A stretch of 64,000 bases of DNA from Thermoplasmatales archaeon (GTDB lineage Archaea; Thermoplasmatota; E2; UBA202; JdFR-43): contig JACIWB010000002.1 of NCBI GenBank assembly GCA_014361245.1, positions 4,297-68,296 on the forward strand, written 5' to 3'. How positions within the stretch are numbered: the first letter of the stretch is position 1; each line of letters opens with the position of its first letter. The position numbers and the translations under genes were made by a program. The notes beneath the pieces are model-generated. The model made no database searches and had not been told where the DNA came from. It saw only the letters and a program-made list of their open reading frames with translations. Shown piece by piece: positions 34,645 to 44,396 of the stretch.

Positions 34645-36810
34645 TTATGCCTTCTTAAGATATATTTCAAATTCTGCTCTTTTTGCATCTTTAAGAATTA
34701 TCTTTCCTCCATATCCTTCAACAATAATTTTTGAGAGATGCAAGCCCAAGCCGCTTCCCTTGCTTTCCTTCCCTTTTGCCCCAAGCTCAAATATTCTTTT
34801 TGCAACATCCTCGCTTATTCCCTTTCCATCATCTCTTATTCTTACAATATAGTAATCATTTTCTTCATCAATATCTATTTCAATATTCTTGCAGTTTGAA
34901 TGAATTATTGAATTCTCTATGAAATTTGAGAATATATTTTCAAGCAATTCATCAGCGATAACAAAAGCCATCTTTTTCTTAAAAGAAATTTTTATTCCTT
35001 TTTCTTCAGCAATATTTTTATGAAATTCTATACTCCTTTCTATTGCATCATCCAAACTAATTTTTTTGAGTTCTCTTTCTCCAATTCTCCCTACTATGCT
35101 TAACTTGTAGAGAAGTTTTTGGGATTGCATAATGTTTTCATATGCTTTATCAAGCAAATTTTTCTGCTCTTCGCTTAAATCACTTTCTCCGAGCAATTCT
35201 AAACAACCAGCAGCTATCTGATTTCTATTTCCTATATCATGCCTTATGAGGGAGTTATACATATCAAGCAATCTTCTTGTTTCCTTCAGTTCAGTTATAT
35301 CCTTTATTATCCCCTGATAATATATCTTATTATCTTTTTCAATTTTTATTGCAGAAACGAGGCAATCAATTATTTTTCCATCCTTCCTTTTCAATCTAAC
35401 TTCATAATTTTTTAAAAACCCTCTTTTGGCAATTTCTTTCTTGAATTTTTCCCTATCCTCACTCTTTTCATAAATTTCATCAATATTTATCTTAAAAATT
35501 TCATCTCTACTATAGCCGAGAAGTTTTAATCCAGCATTATTTATATCAACAAATTTTCCTTCATAAGTAGAAATATAGATTGCATCCATTGATTCATCAA
35601 AAATTCCTCTATACTTTTCTTCAGATTCTTTAAGAGATTTGCTGTATATGCTCAATTCCTCCATCATTCTATTGAAATCTCTTGAAAGCGCTGATATTTC
35701 ATCATTTCCACCTGTTTTTGCCCTTATATCAAGATTTCCCTTGCTTGCTTCCCTTGTAACATTTCTTAAATCCTCAAGCGATTTAGTTAAATTTTTTGAA
35801 AGAACAAGAGAAGTAATTATAACCGCCGCCAAAACACAAAAAAACATCCCCAAATATTCTCTTGTCCTAGCAGAAACAATTTGAGTAATGACTTTTTCCT
35901 GTAAGAGAAAAATCAGGGAGCCCTTCATTTCTTCAATTGGATGAGAGAAAGCATAGTATTTTTCACCATTCATTTCTATAATTTTCATTCCAGCTGATGA
36001 ATTTTTTATAAAATCTCCAATTTCTTTAAGCCCACTTATGTTAAAAATATTCTCTTCCTCAAAAGTTTCATTCCATTTCCTACCCATCTCGCTATATTCA
36101 GGATGAACTAAAATATCGCCATCTTCTTCCACAAGAATTGCATATCCATATCCTGCAAAATTTATATCAAGTATATTGTCCCTTATATTCTCAAGTAGCA
36201 AATCCGCGCCAGCCACCCCGACAAATTCACCATTTACAAGCACTGGCGTAGAAATTGTTGTTGTTAATTTTCCAGTATTTGCATCTATATATAGAGGGCT
36301 CCATAATGTTGAATTATTTTCTTTTGCAGATATATACCATATTCTTTTCCTGTAATCAAACCTTTCACCTGTCTCATTAGATATCTCTTCTAGTTTTTTT
36401 GTAAAGTTGCTATCGCTTAAAAAGCATAAACCATTCTCCATTCCAAAATATACAAGAGTTATATTTTCATCTCTTTCCATTAATTCAAATGCCTGTTTTA
36501 TAAATTCAAAATTTTTAATTTCCTCGCTATCATAACTTCCATTTACACTCCATATATAGGATAAGTTGTAATATTTTCCTTTCCCCCAGTTTTCCTCTAT
36601 TAACTTAACTACATTTTCCAATTTATTTCTAAAATACTTAAAAATAAAATCATAAAATTCAGATTTTGATTCAACAAGAGTTGCTATGTTTTTTTCCGCT
36701 TGCGCCCTCATTTCTTGCCCACTTCTTTCAGAGAGGATATAGGGTAGTATTATAAGTGGTATAATTGAAATTGCAAGCATGATAATTGTTATCTTGTATC
36801 TAAATTTCAC
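34645..36810 (-). CDS. sensor histidine kinase (TM - Cache-like periplasmic domain - TM - HAMP - PAS - HisKA - HATPase)
   Basis: 721 aa; H-box LIRHDIGNRNQ; G-box GSGLGLHLSKIIVEGYGG; HAMP-like linker and PAS segment (YRGIFDESMDAIYIS...); no response regulator adjacent. Confidence 0.7.
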   Translation of the reverse strand: MKFRYKITIIMLAISIIPLIILPYILSERSGQEMRAQAEKNIATLVESKSEFYDFIFKYFRNKLENVVKLIEENWGKGKYYNLSYIWSVNGSYDSEEIKNFEFIKQAFELMERDENITLVYFGMENGLCFLSDSNFTKKLEEISNETGERFDYRKRIWYISAKENNSTLWSPLYIDANTGKLTTTISTPVLVNGEFVGVAGADLLLENIRDNILDINFAGYGYAILVEEDGDILVHPEYSEMGRKWNETFEEENIFNISGLKEIGDFIKNSSAGMKIIEMNGEKYYAFSHPIEEMKGSLIFLLQEKVITQIVSARTREYLGMFFCVLAAVIITSLVLSKNLTKSLEDLRNVTREASKGNLDIRAKTGGNDEISALSRDFNRMMEELSIYSKSLKESEEKYRGIFDESMDAIYISTYEGKFVDINNAGLKLLGYSRDEIFKINIDEIYEKSEDREKFKKEIAKRGFLKNYEVRLKRKDGKIIDCLVSAIKIEKDNKIYYQGIIKDITELKETRRLLDMYNSLIRHDIGNRNQIAAGCLELLGESDLSEEQKNLLDKAYENIMQSQKLLYKLSIVGRIGERELKKISLDDAIERSIEFHKNIAEEKGIKISFKKKMAFVIADELLENIFSNFIENSIIHSNCKNIEIDIDEENDYYIVRIRDDGKGISEDVAKRIFELGAKGKESKGSGLGLHLSKIIVEGYGGKIILKDAKRAEFEIYLKKA

Positions 36811-36855
36811 AGGAATATATCAGAAAAATATTAAAAACTTATTCATTTTTTCAGT

Positions 36856-37782
36856 ATGAAATGGAAGAGCATAAAAAAAATTCTGCCTTTTTTTGGCTTA
36901 ATTCTATTTTTTTACATTGTTTATGATGCTGGAATTAATGAAATTTTTGAAATTTTTAAAAAAGTTTCTCCTCTAGCTATTTTAATATCCTCAATCCTTT
37001 TTATTCCTCGCTTTTTTATAAGCACTTATAAATGGATGCTGATATGCAGGAAGCAGGCAATAGAAACAAGATATCTTTATTTAATTAAAATAAATCTTAT
37101 AGGTCTTTTTTATGGAAGCGTAACACCTCTCTGGATAGGAGATTACATAAGGGCTCCTTATTTAATGGAAGAAAGCAAAAGACCCATTCATGCATGCATT
37201 ATAAATGTTTTCATTGACCAGATTATTGAGTTAGCATCCCTCATTTTTTTAGCTCTTTTTAGCTCAATCCTTATTTACAGAAAATTTCCTTATTTCCTTC
37301 CCATATTTTTCTCAATTTCTTTAATAATTTTATTTCTTTATTTCATATTCAAGGAAAAAAGCAAAAAAATATTATCTTTTTTCAAATTTGTAATACCAGA
37401 GAAATTTTCCTCATGGATTTCTCCAGATTACATTTATAATTTTCCATCCATATCTTTTTTCCTTTTAACAATTTTTATAGAAATTTTAAGTTATTTAATC
37501 ATGTTTCTCCAGATATATATAATTTCATTTTCCCTCAATATTTCGATTCCATTTCTTGATTTCGTTTTAATATATTCAGTTGCTTCATTAGTAGGAATAA
37601 TTCCAGTAACCATTGCTGGGTTTGGAACAAGGGAAAGTGTTCTTATATACTTCTTTTCTTTTTATGGAATTGATAGCGCATCTGTAATAGCTCTTTCTTT
37701 AAGCGGGTATATAATAACAATACTTATTCCCGCTCTTTTTGGTGGAATTTTTTCAATCAGAAAAAATTTAAAAGTAGATTGA
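36856..37782 (+). CDS. polytopic membrane protein (UPF0104/flippase-like, LPG-synthase TM-domain-like)
   Basis: 308 aa, 7-8 TM helices, very hydrophobic. Confidence 0.4.
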   Translation: MKWKSIKKILPFFGLILFFYIVYDAGINEIFEIFKKVSPLAILISSILFIPRFFISTYKWMLICRKQAIETRYLYLIKINLIGLFYGSVTPLWIGDYIRAPYLMEESKRPIHACIINVFIDQIIELASLIFLALFSSILIYRKFPYFLPIFFSISLIILFLYFIFKEKSKKILSFFKFVIPEKFSSWISPDYIYNFPSISFFLLTIFIEILSYLIMFLQIYIISFSLNISIPFLDFVLIYSVASLVGIIPVTIAGFGTRESVLIYFFSFYGIDSASVIALSLSGYIITILIPALFGGIFSIRKNLKVD

Positions 37783-37791
37783 TTTTTTATT

Positions 37792-40083
37792 ATGAAAAAA
37801 TTGGTTGCAATGCTTATAATTTTAACAATTTTTCCATTTAAATTTAAAAGCCATAGCATAAATAGCGATGAAGGAGATGAATGGCTAACCAATGCAAGAA
37901 TTTTAACTCCATATTCCTACAATCTTTCATGGGAGGATGCAATTAAAAAAGCTGTTGAAAACAATGCAAATGTTATTCTTGATTGGGCAGGCTTCAGCGA
38001 TACATATCAAGGAAGAATATTGAATATAAATGAATCAATAGAAGAATTGAAGGAAAAGACAAATTTCATTCACTCAAATTTTCCAGGAATAAAATATGTT
38101 GTATATGTAGCACCTCTTGAAATGCAGACAATTGATAGCGACATGAATGAAGATGGAAAAGACGATGATGGAAAAAACAGCGCATATACAGATCATCCTG
38201 AATGGCTCCAGGTTGGAAAAGATGCAAGGAAGGCGGTTTTTTACGGCTGCCTGCCTGGCATGCCCTTCTGGGTGGATGAAAAAAGTGAGGATGTATGGCT
38301 TAGCCCGAGTAATAGAGAATATAAAAATATTGTATTAAATATAGCAAAAGAAATAGCAAATTTTGTTGATGGCGTATGGCTTGATGTTCCTCATTTATGT
38401 TTTGAATTTGGTGATGTATGGAAGGAGCAATGGTGCAGTCTTGATGAAGCAAGCATGAAAGATTTTTATAATGACACCGGCTTCATTCTTTCTCCTCCCC
38501 TTTCCCCAGATTGGAATAATTCCTCATGGCTTGCATTTGTTAAATGGAGATATAAACAAATAAACGATTTCGTAGGAGATTTTAATAAAGCGCTGAAGGA
38601 AGTAAATCCCAACTGCAAGCTAATTGTTGAGACATCTTCTTCAACTGTTTCATCTACTCAGCACGGAGTTGATTTAGAATTGCTTAATGGGGCATGCGAT
38701 GCTATTTGCCATGAATACGGTGGTCCTTTTGAGGATTTGCAATACTATGGATGGATATATATGCTCGCTCATCTAAAATTATGGCATGATATTGACAAAA
38801 ACTATTCATTTCTTCTTTCATATGTTGATGGAAATAATTTAAATCTTCTAAAATTCCACGCCGGAATAATTTTAGCATCATGCTATGATAACTATTATGC
38901 TTCTGGGGATGAAACAATGTCTGGGTATATCAATGAAAATTTCTTAAAAGAATTATTTAGATGGCTTAGCAATAATGATGATTATTTTTGTGGATGGAAA
39001 AATAATCCAGAAATTGCCCTAATTTTTTCAAGAAATACGCTTGATTATGCAGATAAAGGAAGCTGGGAAGGTTATGCATATCATGATGAAATTACTGGTT
39101 CAATAATGATGCTAATTCAATCAAACATACAATTTAAAGTGATAGATGAAAGAAATTTAGAAGAAATAAAAAAGTATAAGGCAGTTATTTTACCAGAATT
39201 TTCGTGCATGTCAGAAGAGCAAGCAAATATTTTAAGAGAATATGTTATGAATGGAGGAATTCTAATATCAACACATGAAACATCTCTTTATAATGAATAT
39301 GGAATTAGAAGAGAAAATTTCCTTCTGAATGATTTATTTGGAGTTAATTTATCAGATATCGAAGAAAAAATTTACTTAAATGAATATGGAAAAGGAAAAT
39401 CAATTTTTTATCCTTTGCCAGTTGGAAGATATTATATATGGGAGGCAAATCCATGGGAAGAAGAAGGAAATGAAATTGAGGCAGAGAAATGGAGGGGAAA
39501 ATTCTTAGAATTAATTGAAAAAGCAAATGCCCCTCAGGATTTTGAAATATCGGGAAATGCTGTTGCTTTTAAATATGAAAAAGATGGAAGAGAAGAAATT
39601 AGGATAATAAATTTTGGTGGGTTAGAAGAAATTAGGATAAAAGGAAAAATAAAAGATGTAAAAATTTTGAATTTTATGGAGGAAATCATAGATGTTGAAT
39701 TTTATGAAAATGGAAATGAAACTATAGTATATGGAAATTTCTCAAATCAATGCACTATTTTATATTCAAAAGATGAAGAGCTTTTCGTTGAAATTTTAAA
39801 ACCATCAAAGGGTAAAATATATTTTATGGATAGAGAAATTGCAATAATAAATTCCGAAAAAGCAATAATAATAGGAAAAATTTATGTAGAAGTTACTACA
39901 AATGGAAATAAGGTTGAATTTTATTTGAATGATAAAATTGAATTTATTGATTATTCTCCTCCATTTGAATGGCTTCTTAGCAAAAATTGCTTTGGAAATT
40001 ATGAAATAAAGGCAATATCTTATTTAAACGGGAGAAGTAAAGAAGATAGTTTATCAGCATTTATTCTTCAAATATCCTTTTAA
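37792..40083 (+). CDS. secreted glycoside-hydrolase-like protein (TIM-barrel-like N-half, GH42-type trimerisation/GATase1-like middle domain, shared C-terminal module)
   Basis: 763 aa; signal peptide MKKLVAMLIILTIFPF; middle region KAVILPEFSCMSEEQANILREYVMNGGILIST resembles the GH42 domain-B fold; last ~70 aa homologous to the C-terminus of the M14 peptidase at 261-2000. Confidence 0.3.
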   Translation: MKKLVAMLIILTIFPFKFKSHSINSDEGDEWLTNARILTPYSYNLSWEDAIKKAVENNANVILDWAGFSDTYQGRILNINESIEELKEKTNFIHSNFPGIKYVVYVAPLEMQTIDSDMNEDGKDDDGKNSAYTDHPEWLQVGKDARKAVFYGCLPGMPFWVDEKSEDVWLSPSNREYKNIVLNIAKEIANFVDGVWLDVPHLCFEFGDVWKEQWCSLDEASMKDFYNDTGFILSPPLSPDWNNSSWLAFVKWRYKQINDFVGDFNKALKEVNPNCKLIVETSSSTVSSTQHGVDLELLNGACDAICHEYGGPFEDLQYYGWIYMLAHLKLWHDIDKNYSFLLSYVDGNNLNLLKFHAGIILASCYDNYYASGDETMSGYINENFLKELFRWLSNNDDYFCGWKNNPEIALIFSRNTLDYADKGSWEGYAYHDEITGSIMMLIQSNIQFKVIDERNLEEIKKYKAVILPEFSCMSEEQANILREYVMNGGILISTHETSLYNEYGIRRENFLLNDLFGVNLSDIEEKIYLNEYGKGKSIFYPLPVGRYYIWEANPWEEEGNEIEAEKWRGKFLELIEKANAPQDFEISGNAVAFKYEKDGREEIRIINFGGLEEIRIKGKIKDVKILNFMEEIIDVEFYENGNETIVYGNFSNQCTILYSKDEELFVEILKPSKGKIYFMDREIAIINSEKAIIIGKIYVEVTTNGNKVEFYLNDKIEFIDYSPPFEWLLSKNCFGNYEIKAISYLNGRSKEDSLSAFILQISF

Positions 40084-40966
40084 TCATCCATTCAGCATTG
40101 AATGGTATCTGGTCTTCATATCTCTGCCCAGTCCCTATGAAGTAGAGTGGCTTCTTTATTGAATATGCTATTGATATCGATGCCCCTCCTTTTGCATCCG
40201 CATCTACTTTTGATAATATCACCCCATCTATCCCAACTGCTTCATTAAATTTTCTTGCCTGCTCTATTGCATCATTTCCAACAAGTGCATCACCAACAAA
40301 AATTGTCATGTGCGGCTTTGCAACTCTCTTTATTTTCTTCATTTCCTCCATTAGATTTATATTTGTCTGCATTCTCCCAGCAGTGTCGATTAAAACAAAA
40401 TCTTTGTGCCTCGCTTTTGCATGCCCTATCGCATCATACGCAACAGCAGCAGGATCGGCGCCAAAATCATGCTTTATCAACTTTGCTCCTACTTGCAAGG
40501 CATGCCTTTCAAGTTGCTCAATTGCGCCAGCCCTGAAAGTATCGCATGCCGCAATTACACAGCTGTAACCCATATTCTTCAACTGCCAAGCAAGTTTTGC
40601 TATTGCTGTTGTTTTTCCTGAGCCATTTACCCCAACAAATAAAATTATCACTGGTTTCTCAAATTTTTTAATTTCTTCAAAAAAATTTCCCTCGCTATTT
40701 TTCAATATCTTGTATATCGCATCTTCAATTATTTTACTCACTTCCTCCTTTGCCTCTTTCCTTGATAGACCGACCAAATTCCCTTTTATTTCTCTTTTAA
40801 TTTCTTCTATAACTTCAAAAGCAACATCTGCCTCAATTAGCTCAATTTCAACCTGCCATAGCAATTCATCTACTTTCTTCTCACTTACTCCAAATAATCC
40901 CTTCTTTTTTTCTTCTTCAATAACTTCTTCTGCTTTCTTTAACTTTTTTTTAAGAAACTGGAACAT
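40061..40966 (-). CDS. ftsY: signal recognition particle receptor FtsY
   Basis: 301 aa; SRP-GTPase motifs GVNGSGKTT, DTAGR, SKVDA; size fits FtsY rather than SRP54. Confidence 0.85.
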   Translation of the reverse strand: MFQFLKKKLKKAEEVIEEEKKKGLFGVSEKKVDELLWQVEIELIEADVAFEVIEEIKREIKGNLVGLSRKEAKEEVSKIIEDAIYKILKNSEGNFFEEIKKFEKPVIILFVGVNGSGKTTAIAKLAWQLKNMGYSCVIAACDTFRAGAIEQLERHALQVGAKLIKHDFGADPAAVAYDAIGHAKARHKDFVLIDTAGRMQTNINLMEEMKKIKRVAKPHMTIFVGDALVGNDAIEQARKFNEAVGIDGVILSKVDADAKGGASISIAYSIKKPLYFIGTGQRYEDQIPFNAEWMIKRIFEE

Positions 40967-41363
40967 CTTCTTTTTTAATCTTCTTTGAAATTTCGTTCAT
41001 CCTGTCGCTCAATTCTTCCGCAAGATTTATCAATTTTTCCTCGCTCTTCATCAATTCCTCTATTTTTTTATTCAGAAAATCAATCGCTCCATTTGTTGAT
41101 TTCTCTATAAATACCTTATCTCCTATACTCAATATAACCTTCTTTGTATTCTTTAGCGTTGTATATGCAAAAACATTTCCACCTATTGGCATAAGAATTT
41201 CCTTTCCTTCTTCCATTGATGCCATCTCTTGCAATGTTTCAATAGTCCTCCTGTATTCATTTATCATTCTTTCAATTACATCAATCTGTGCATATGTATT
41301 TTCAATTTCCTCCTGATGTCTCTGCAATAAATATATATTTTTTCTTAATTCTTCATCATTCAT
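40950..41363 (-). CDS. pfdA: prefoldin alpha subunit
   Basis: 137 aa; two coiled-coil arms flanking a double beta-hairpin; conserved position next to ftsY/eif6. Confidence 0.6.
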   Translation of the reverse strand: MNDEELRKNIYLLQRHQEEIENTYAQIDVIERMINEYRRTIETLQEMASMEEGKEILMPIGGNVFAYTTLKNTKKVILSIGDKVFIEKSTNGAIDFLNKKIEELMKSEEKLINLAEELSDRMNEISKKIKKEDVPVS

Positions 41364-41380
41364 TCTTCCTATATCAATTT

Positions 41381-42061
41381 CTAATATATTTCATTTTCCG
41401 AAAGATGAAGTGCCTCTTCAATCCTCCCCATCTCAATTCCAGTTGTTTCGCTCCCAACAATTGCGCCATGCTCATTCGCAACAGCCCCCGCCCCCACAAA
41501 TGGCATCCCGTGATTTACTGTGCCTATTTCCACCTCAACTCCAAGAACCTGCTCAATCAATTTTTTTTCCTCTTCCTTTATTTTTGGATGACATAAAACA
41601 CCCTTATTTGTTGCTATCCCCAGCATTCCGACGGTATTGAGCCCAGCTATTGTTCCTTTCCTTACTTCCACTTTCATAATTTTTTCCAATTTTTTTATTG
41701 TGCTGTCCCCAATTAAAGGATGAACAATTGCTCCATAATCATTTGCAAGTATGTTATTTCCAGCAGCATTGAACTTATCTTTTAAAATAAATATTTCTCC
41801 ATCGAATTTATCTTTGATTATTTCAATTTCTTCTTTTTCAATAAAATCCGTTACAACAATTGCATTTGAATTTATAACTGCAAGCGAGCCAATAATTGTG
41901 CTGCTTCCTATTGTTAATTCAAAAGCCTTTACTTTGAGAATTTTCTCAATATCGTTCTTTGTTTTTTCTGGAAGGAAAGGTTGAACAAAAGCTATTGAAT
42001 TATTAACCCTGCAGTAAATACCTAAATATGGATTTCCATTAAAATCAATCTTTTTCAGCAT
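41381..42061 (-). CDS. eif6: translation initiation factor 6 (aIF6)
   Basis: 226 aa; five-fold pseudo-repeat with GNPYLGIY..., SSTIIGSLA..., HPLIGDST... elements typical of eIF6. Confidence 0.8.
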   Translation of the reverse strand: MLKKIDFNGNPYLGIYCRVNNSIAFVQPFLPEKTKNDIEKILKVKAFELTIGSSTIIGSLAVINSNAIVVTDFIEKEEIEIIKDKFDGEIFILKDKFNAAGNNILANDYGAIVHPLIGDSTIKKLEKIMKVEVRKGTIAGLNTVGMLGIATNKGVLCHPKIKEEEKKLIEQVLGVEVEIGTVNHGMPFVGAGAVANEHGAIVGSETTGIEMGRIEEALHLSENEIY

Positions 42062-42446
42062 GGCTCTGGTTTTCCTCCTCTGCTTTCTTTACATCTTCCT
42101 CTTTTTTCTCTTCCTTCTCTTCCTCTTTTTCCTTACTTTCCTCCTCCTTTTTTATTTCTTTTTCCTTCTTTTCCTTTTTAATTTCCTCAATCTTAACTTC
42201 TGCCTCGGGCGTATAAGCCCATATAATATCATCAATTTTAACAACCTTCAGCCTTATTTTACTTGGAGGATTTTTTATTCCTCTTTCCCATACAAGTTCA
42301 TTTACACTCTTGTCTATCTTGATATTATCACTTTTTGTGTGTCTTTTCAAAAATTCCTTTATTTCCCTTACCGCAATTTTAGCCCTCTTGCTTCTGGGAG
42401 AATTTTTTGTTTTAATTATTGGCACTGTATAAATTTTCTCTTCCAT
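42045..42446 (-). CDS. rpl31e: ribosomal protein L31e with K/E-rich C-terminal extension
   Basis: N-terminal 85 aa match L31e (TVPIIKTK..RSKRAKIAVREIKEFLKRH...IRLKVVK); C-terminal ~45 aa of KEEKKEKE low complexity. Confidence 0.75.
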   Translation of the reverse strand: MEEKIYTVPIIKTKNSPRSKRAKIAVREIKEFLKRHTKSDNIKIDKSVNELVWERGIKNPPSKIRLKVVKIDDIIWAYTPEAEVKIEEIKKEKKEKEIKKEEESKEKEEEKEEKKEEDVKKAEEENQSHAEKD

Positions 42447-42450
42447 AAAA

Positions 42451-42606
42451 TCACCTCTTTAAATTGTTTCTCCTCCAGTATCTCCTCTTCGGATGCTGTA
42501 AAAATCTTCTGCTCGTTCTTATTATTATCCATGCCGGCACGCGCCTATTGCTTTTTGTTTCCTTCATCAATCTCCTTTTTCTAGCCGCTGGCTTGTTTCT
42601 TGCCAT
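42451..42606 (-). CDS. rpl39e: ribosomal protein L39e (51 aa; absent from the ORF track because <60 aa)
   Basis: Manual translation of minus strand: [51 protein letters not shown], textbook L39e. Confidence 0.85.
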   Translation of the reverse strand: MARNKPAARKRRLMKETKSNRRVPAWIIIRTSRRFLQHPKRRYWRRNNLKR

Positions 42607-42607
42607 T

Positions 42608-42931
42608 TTATAACCTCCTTATTCTTATCTCTTTTTTCTTTGGCATGAGATGGGATATCAAAACTTTTAAAACCTCGTCATTTATCCTATTTTTTATTTT
42701 ACCCATCTGATATAATCTTATAATCTGATTTTCTATATATTCTGCCTCTTCCGGCTTTGCCATCCTTATTCTTTCCAATCTTGCTCTTGCCTCCGCATCA
42801 AGCAAAAATTTAAGTATATTCCTTTTTTGGGCTTCCCATATCTCTCTTTCAATTTGCCTTTTCTGCTCTTCTTCTGCCTCGCGCTGCATTTGCTCTATCA
42901 TTCTTCTTTTTATTTCTTCTGTTTCATCCAT
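42608..42931 (-). CDS. PDCD5/TFAR19-family DNA-binding protein
   Basis: 107 aa; helical, conserved ...[18 protein letters not shown]... core; conserved neighbour of rps19e/rpl39e in archaea. Confidence 0.7.
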   Translation of the reverse strand: MDETEEIKRRMIEQMQREAEEEQKRQIEREIWEAQKRNILKFLLDAEARARLERIRMAKPEEAEYIENQIIRLYQMGKIKNRINDEVLKVLISHLMPKKKEIRIRRL

Positions 42932-42951
42932 TATAAATCACTCCTTATTTA

Positions 42952-43386
42952 CTATATAAGTTTTCCTATTTCAGTCGCAAGTTCATGAGCGGTATTATCA
43001 ACGAGTGATTGTCCTTTGGCGGTGATTTTTCTTCCTTTTCCTTTTATCTGCTCAACAAGCCCGATTTCTTCAAGCTGGTGAAGTGCTTTCCTTACTATTG
43101 AACCACTTCCCTTTACATGTTTATATGGAGCATTTCTCCTGTCCCTCCTCCCTCCATAGAAGCCCCTCAAGCGAGATGTTCCAATGGGCCCGCGCATATA
43201 AATTTTTCTAAGAATGGCAGCAACTCTCACATACCACCAGTCTGGATTTTCAGGCGGTCTTTCCTTATGCATTCCAGTCTTTACCCATTTAGCCCATTCA
43301 GGTGGCTGTATTTTGAAATCATTCTTTAGCTTTTCCGCTAACCTTTTTATTAACGGCTCCGCAGGCACATCATATGCTGTAGTCAT
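42952..43386 (-). CDS. rps19e: ribosomal protein S19e
   Basis: 144 aa; PEWAKWVKTG...WWYVRVAAILRKIY...GGRRDRR motifs. Confidence 0.85.
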   Translation of the reverse strand: MTTAYDVPAEPLIKRLAEKLKNDFKIQPPEWAKWVKTGMHKERPPENPDWWYVRVAAILRKIYMRGPIGTSRLRGFYGGRRDRRNAPYKHVKGSGSIVRKALHQLEEIGLVEQIKGKGRKITAKGQSLVDNTAHELATEIGKLI

Positions 43387-43459
43387 TGAAAAAGCAATAA
43401 AGAAGGAATATAAAAATGTAACTTATTAGGCACACCACCAATTTAGAGTTGATGAAATG

Positions 43460-44156
43460 TTAAAACTTCGTGGGAGAATATTGAACTTCTGCAACAACAC
43501 AACTCCCAGCTAGCGTCACACTATTTTTTATCCAATTCTTGCTTGATATCTCGCTCAACTTCCAGTGAGGTTTGAGATAGTTATGTAAGAAAGTATAGCC
43601 AAAGATTGTATCCCTCAGCCATGCTAACAGTCGAGCAATTCTCCTTGTTCTTTTAACCAAGTACTGTTTAGCTCCTCTGAGAGATGAGTTCAGGTTCTCT
43701 ATGAGTGCTGGACTTATGGTTTTACCGCTGACACCAAACAATCCATAGGTGTAGAACCGTCCTGTCTTTTATACCCAAGTATTTGTTGATAAACTTTTCA
43801 CAAAATTGATACCCATTTATAAGAACCAGCTTAACCCTTCCTCTAAACCGTTTCAATTTCTTGAACATTTGTTCAAGAGTTTCATCGTCTCTTTTACCTA
43901 TAAAAAAATCTATGATGAACTTGTTTTTAGGATAATATGCTAGCCAACCATAGAACTTCTTTTCACTCTGCAATTTGATATGTGTTTCATCGACCTCTAT
44001 AACTTCTGGTATATAATCTGATGGAATAAGGGCATAATCCTTGAACTTCTGAAACTGTAAGAAAAACTGTTTGAGTATCTCCTCATCGCTTAATCTTCCC
44101 CTGTAGAACAATGCTCCATACTTCTGGTTGAATATCTTTCTACAGTGTTGTATCTA
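43460..44156 (-). mobile_element. degenerate IS6-family transposase gene (frameshifted, 5'-truncated); IS remnant
   Basis: Two overlapping minus-strand ORFs (43722-44111 and 43460-43741) together cover an IS6 DDE transposase (VDETHIKLQSEKKFYGWLAYY...D..E...LINGYQ; then RIARLLAWLRDTIFGYTFLHNYLKPHWK...), split by a frameshift near 43722-43741; an in-frame stop ~14 codons upstream removes the N-terminal HTH. Confidence 0.65.
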
Positions 44157-44396
44157 TACCTCTTTAACTTATTCCTTTGAAAACCATACTTTACCAACAA
44201 TCTCCTTCTGCACCCCTTCCATCAAAAGAGAAATACATTGACCCTTTATAAATCAACTCCACTGATGGGTGCTCTTATTGTTAATTCTCCTTCAAAATTA
44301 GTGCATTTCTTAAGATTTTCTTTTTCAAATCTATGGAAAAAGATTTGGAATGGATGACTACAGCAAAAGAAATTAATATATGTTTTATTATCAAAA

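Noticed and set aside
42060-42584. 174-aa L/F-rich plus-strand ORF
   Set aside because: It is the antisense of the K/E-rich L31e tail and of rpl39e. Low-complexity mirror ORF, not a gene.
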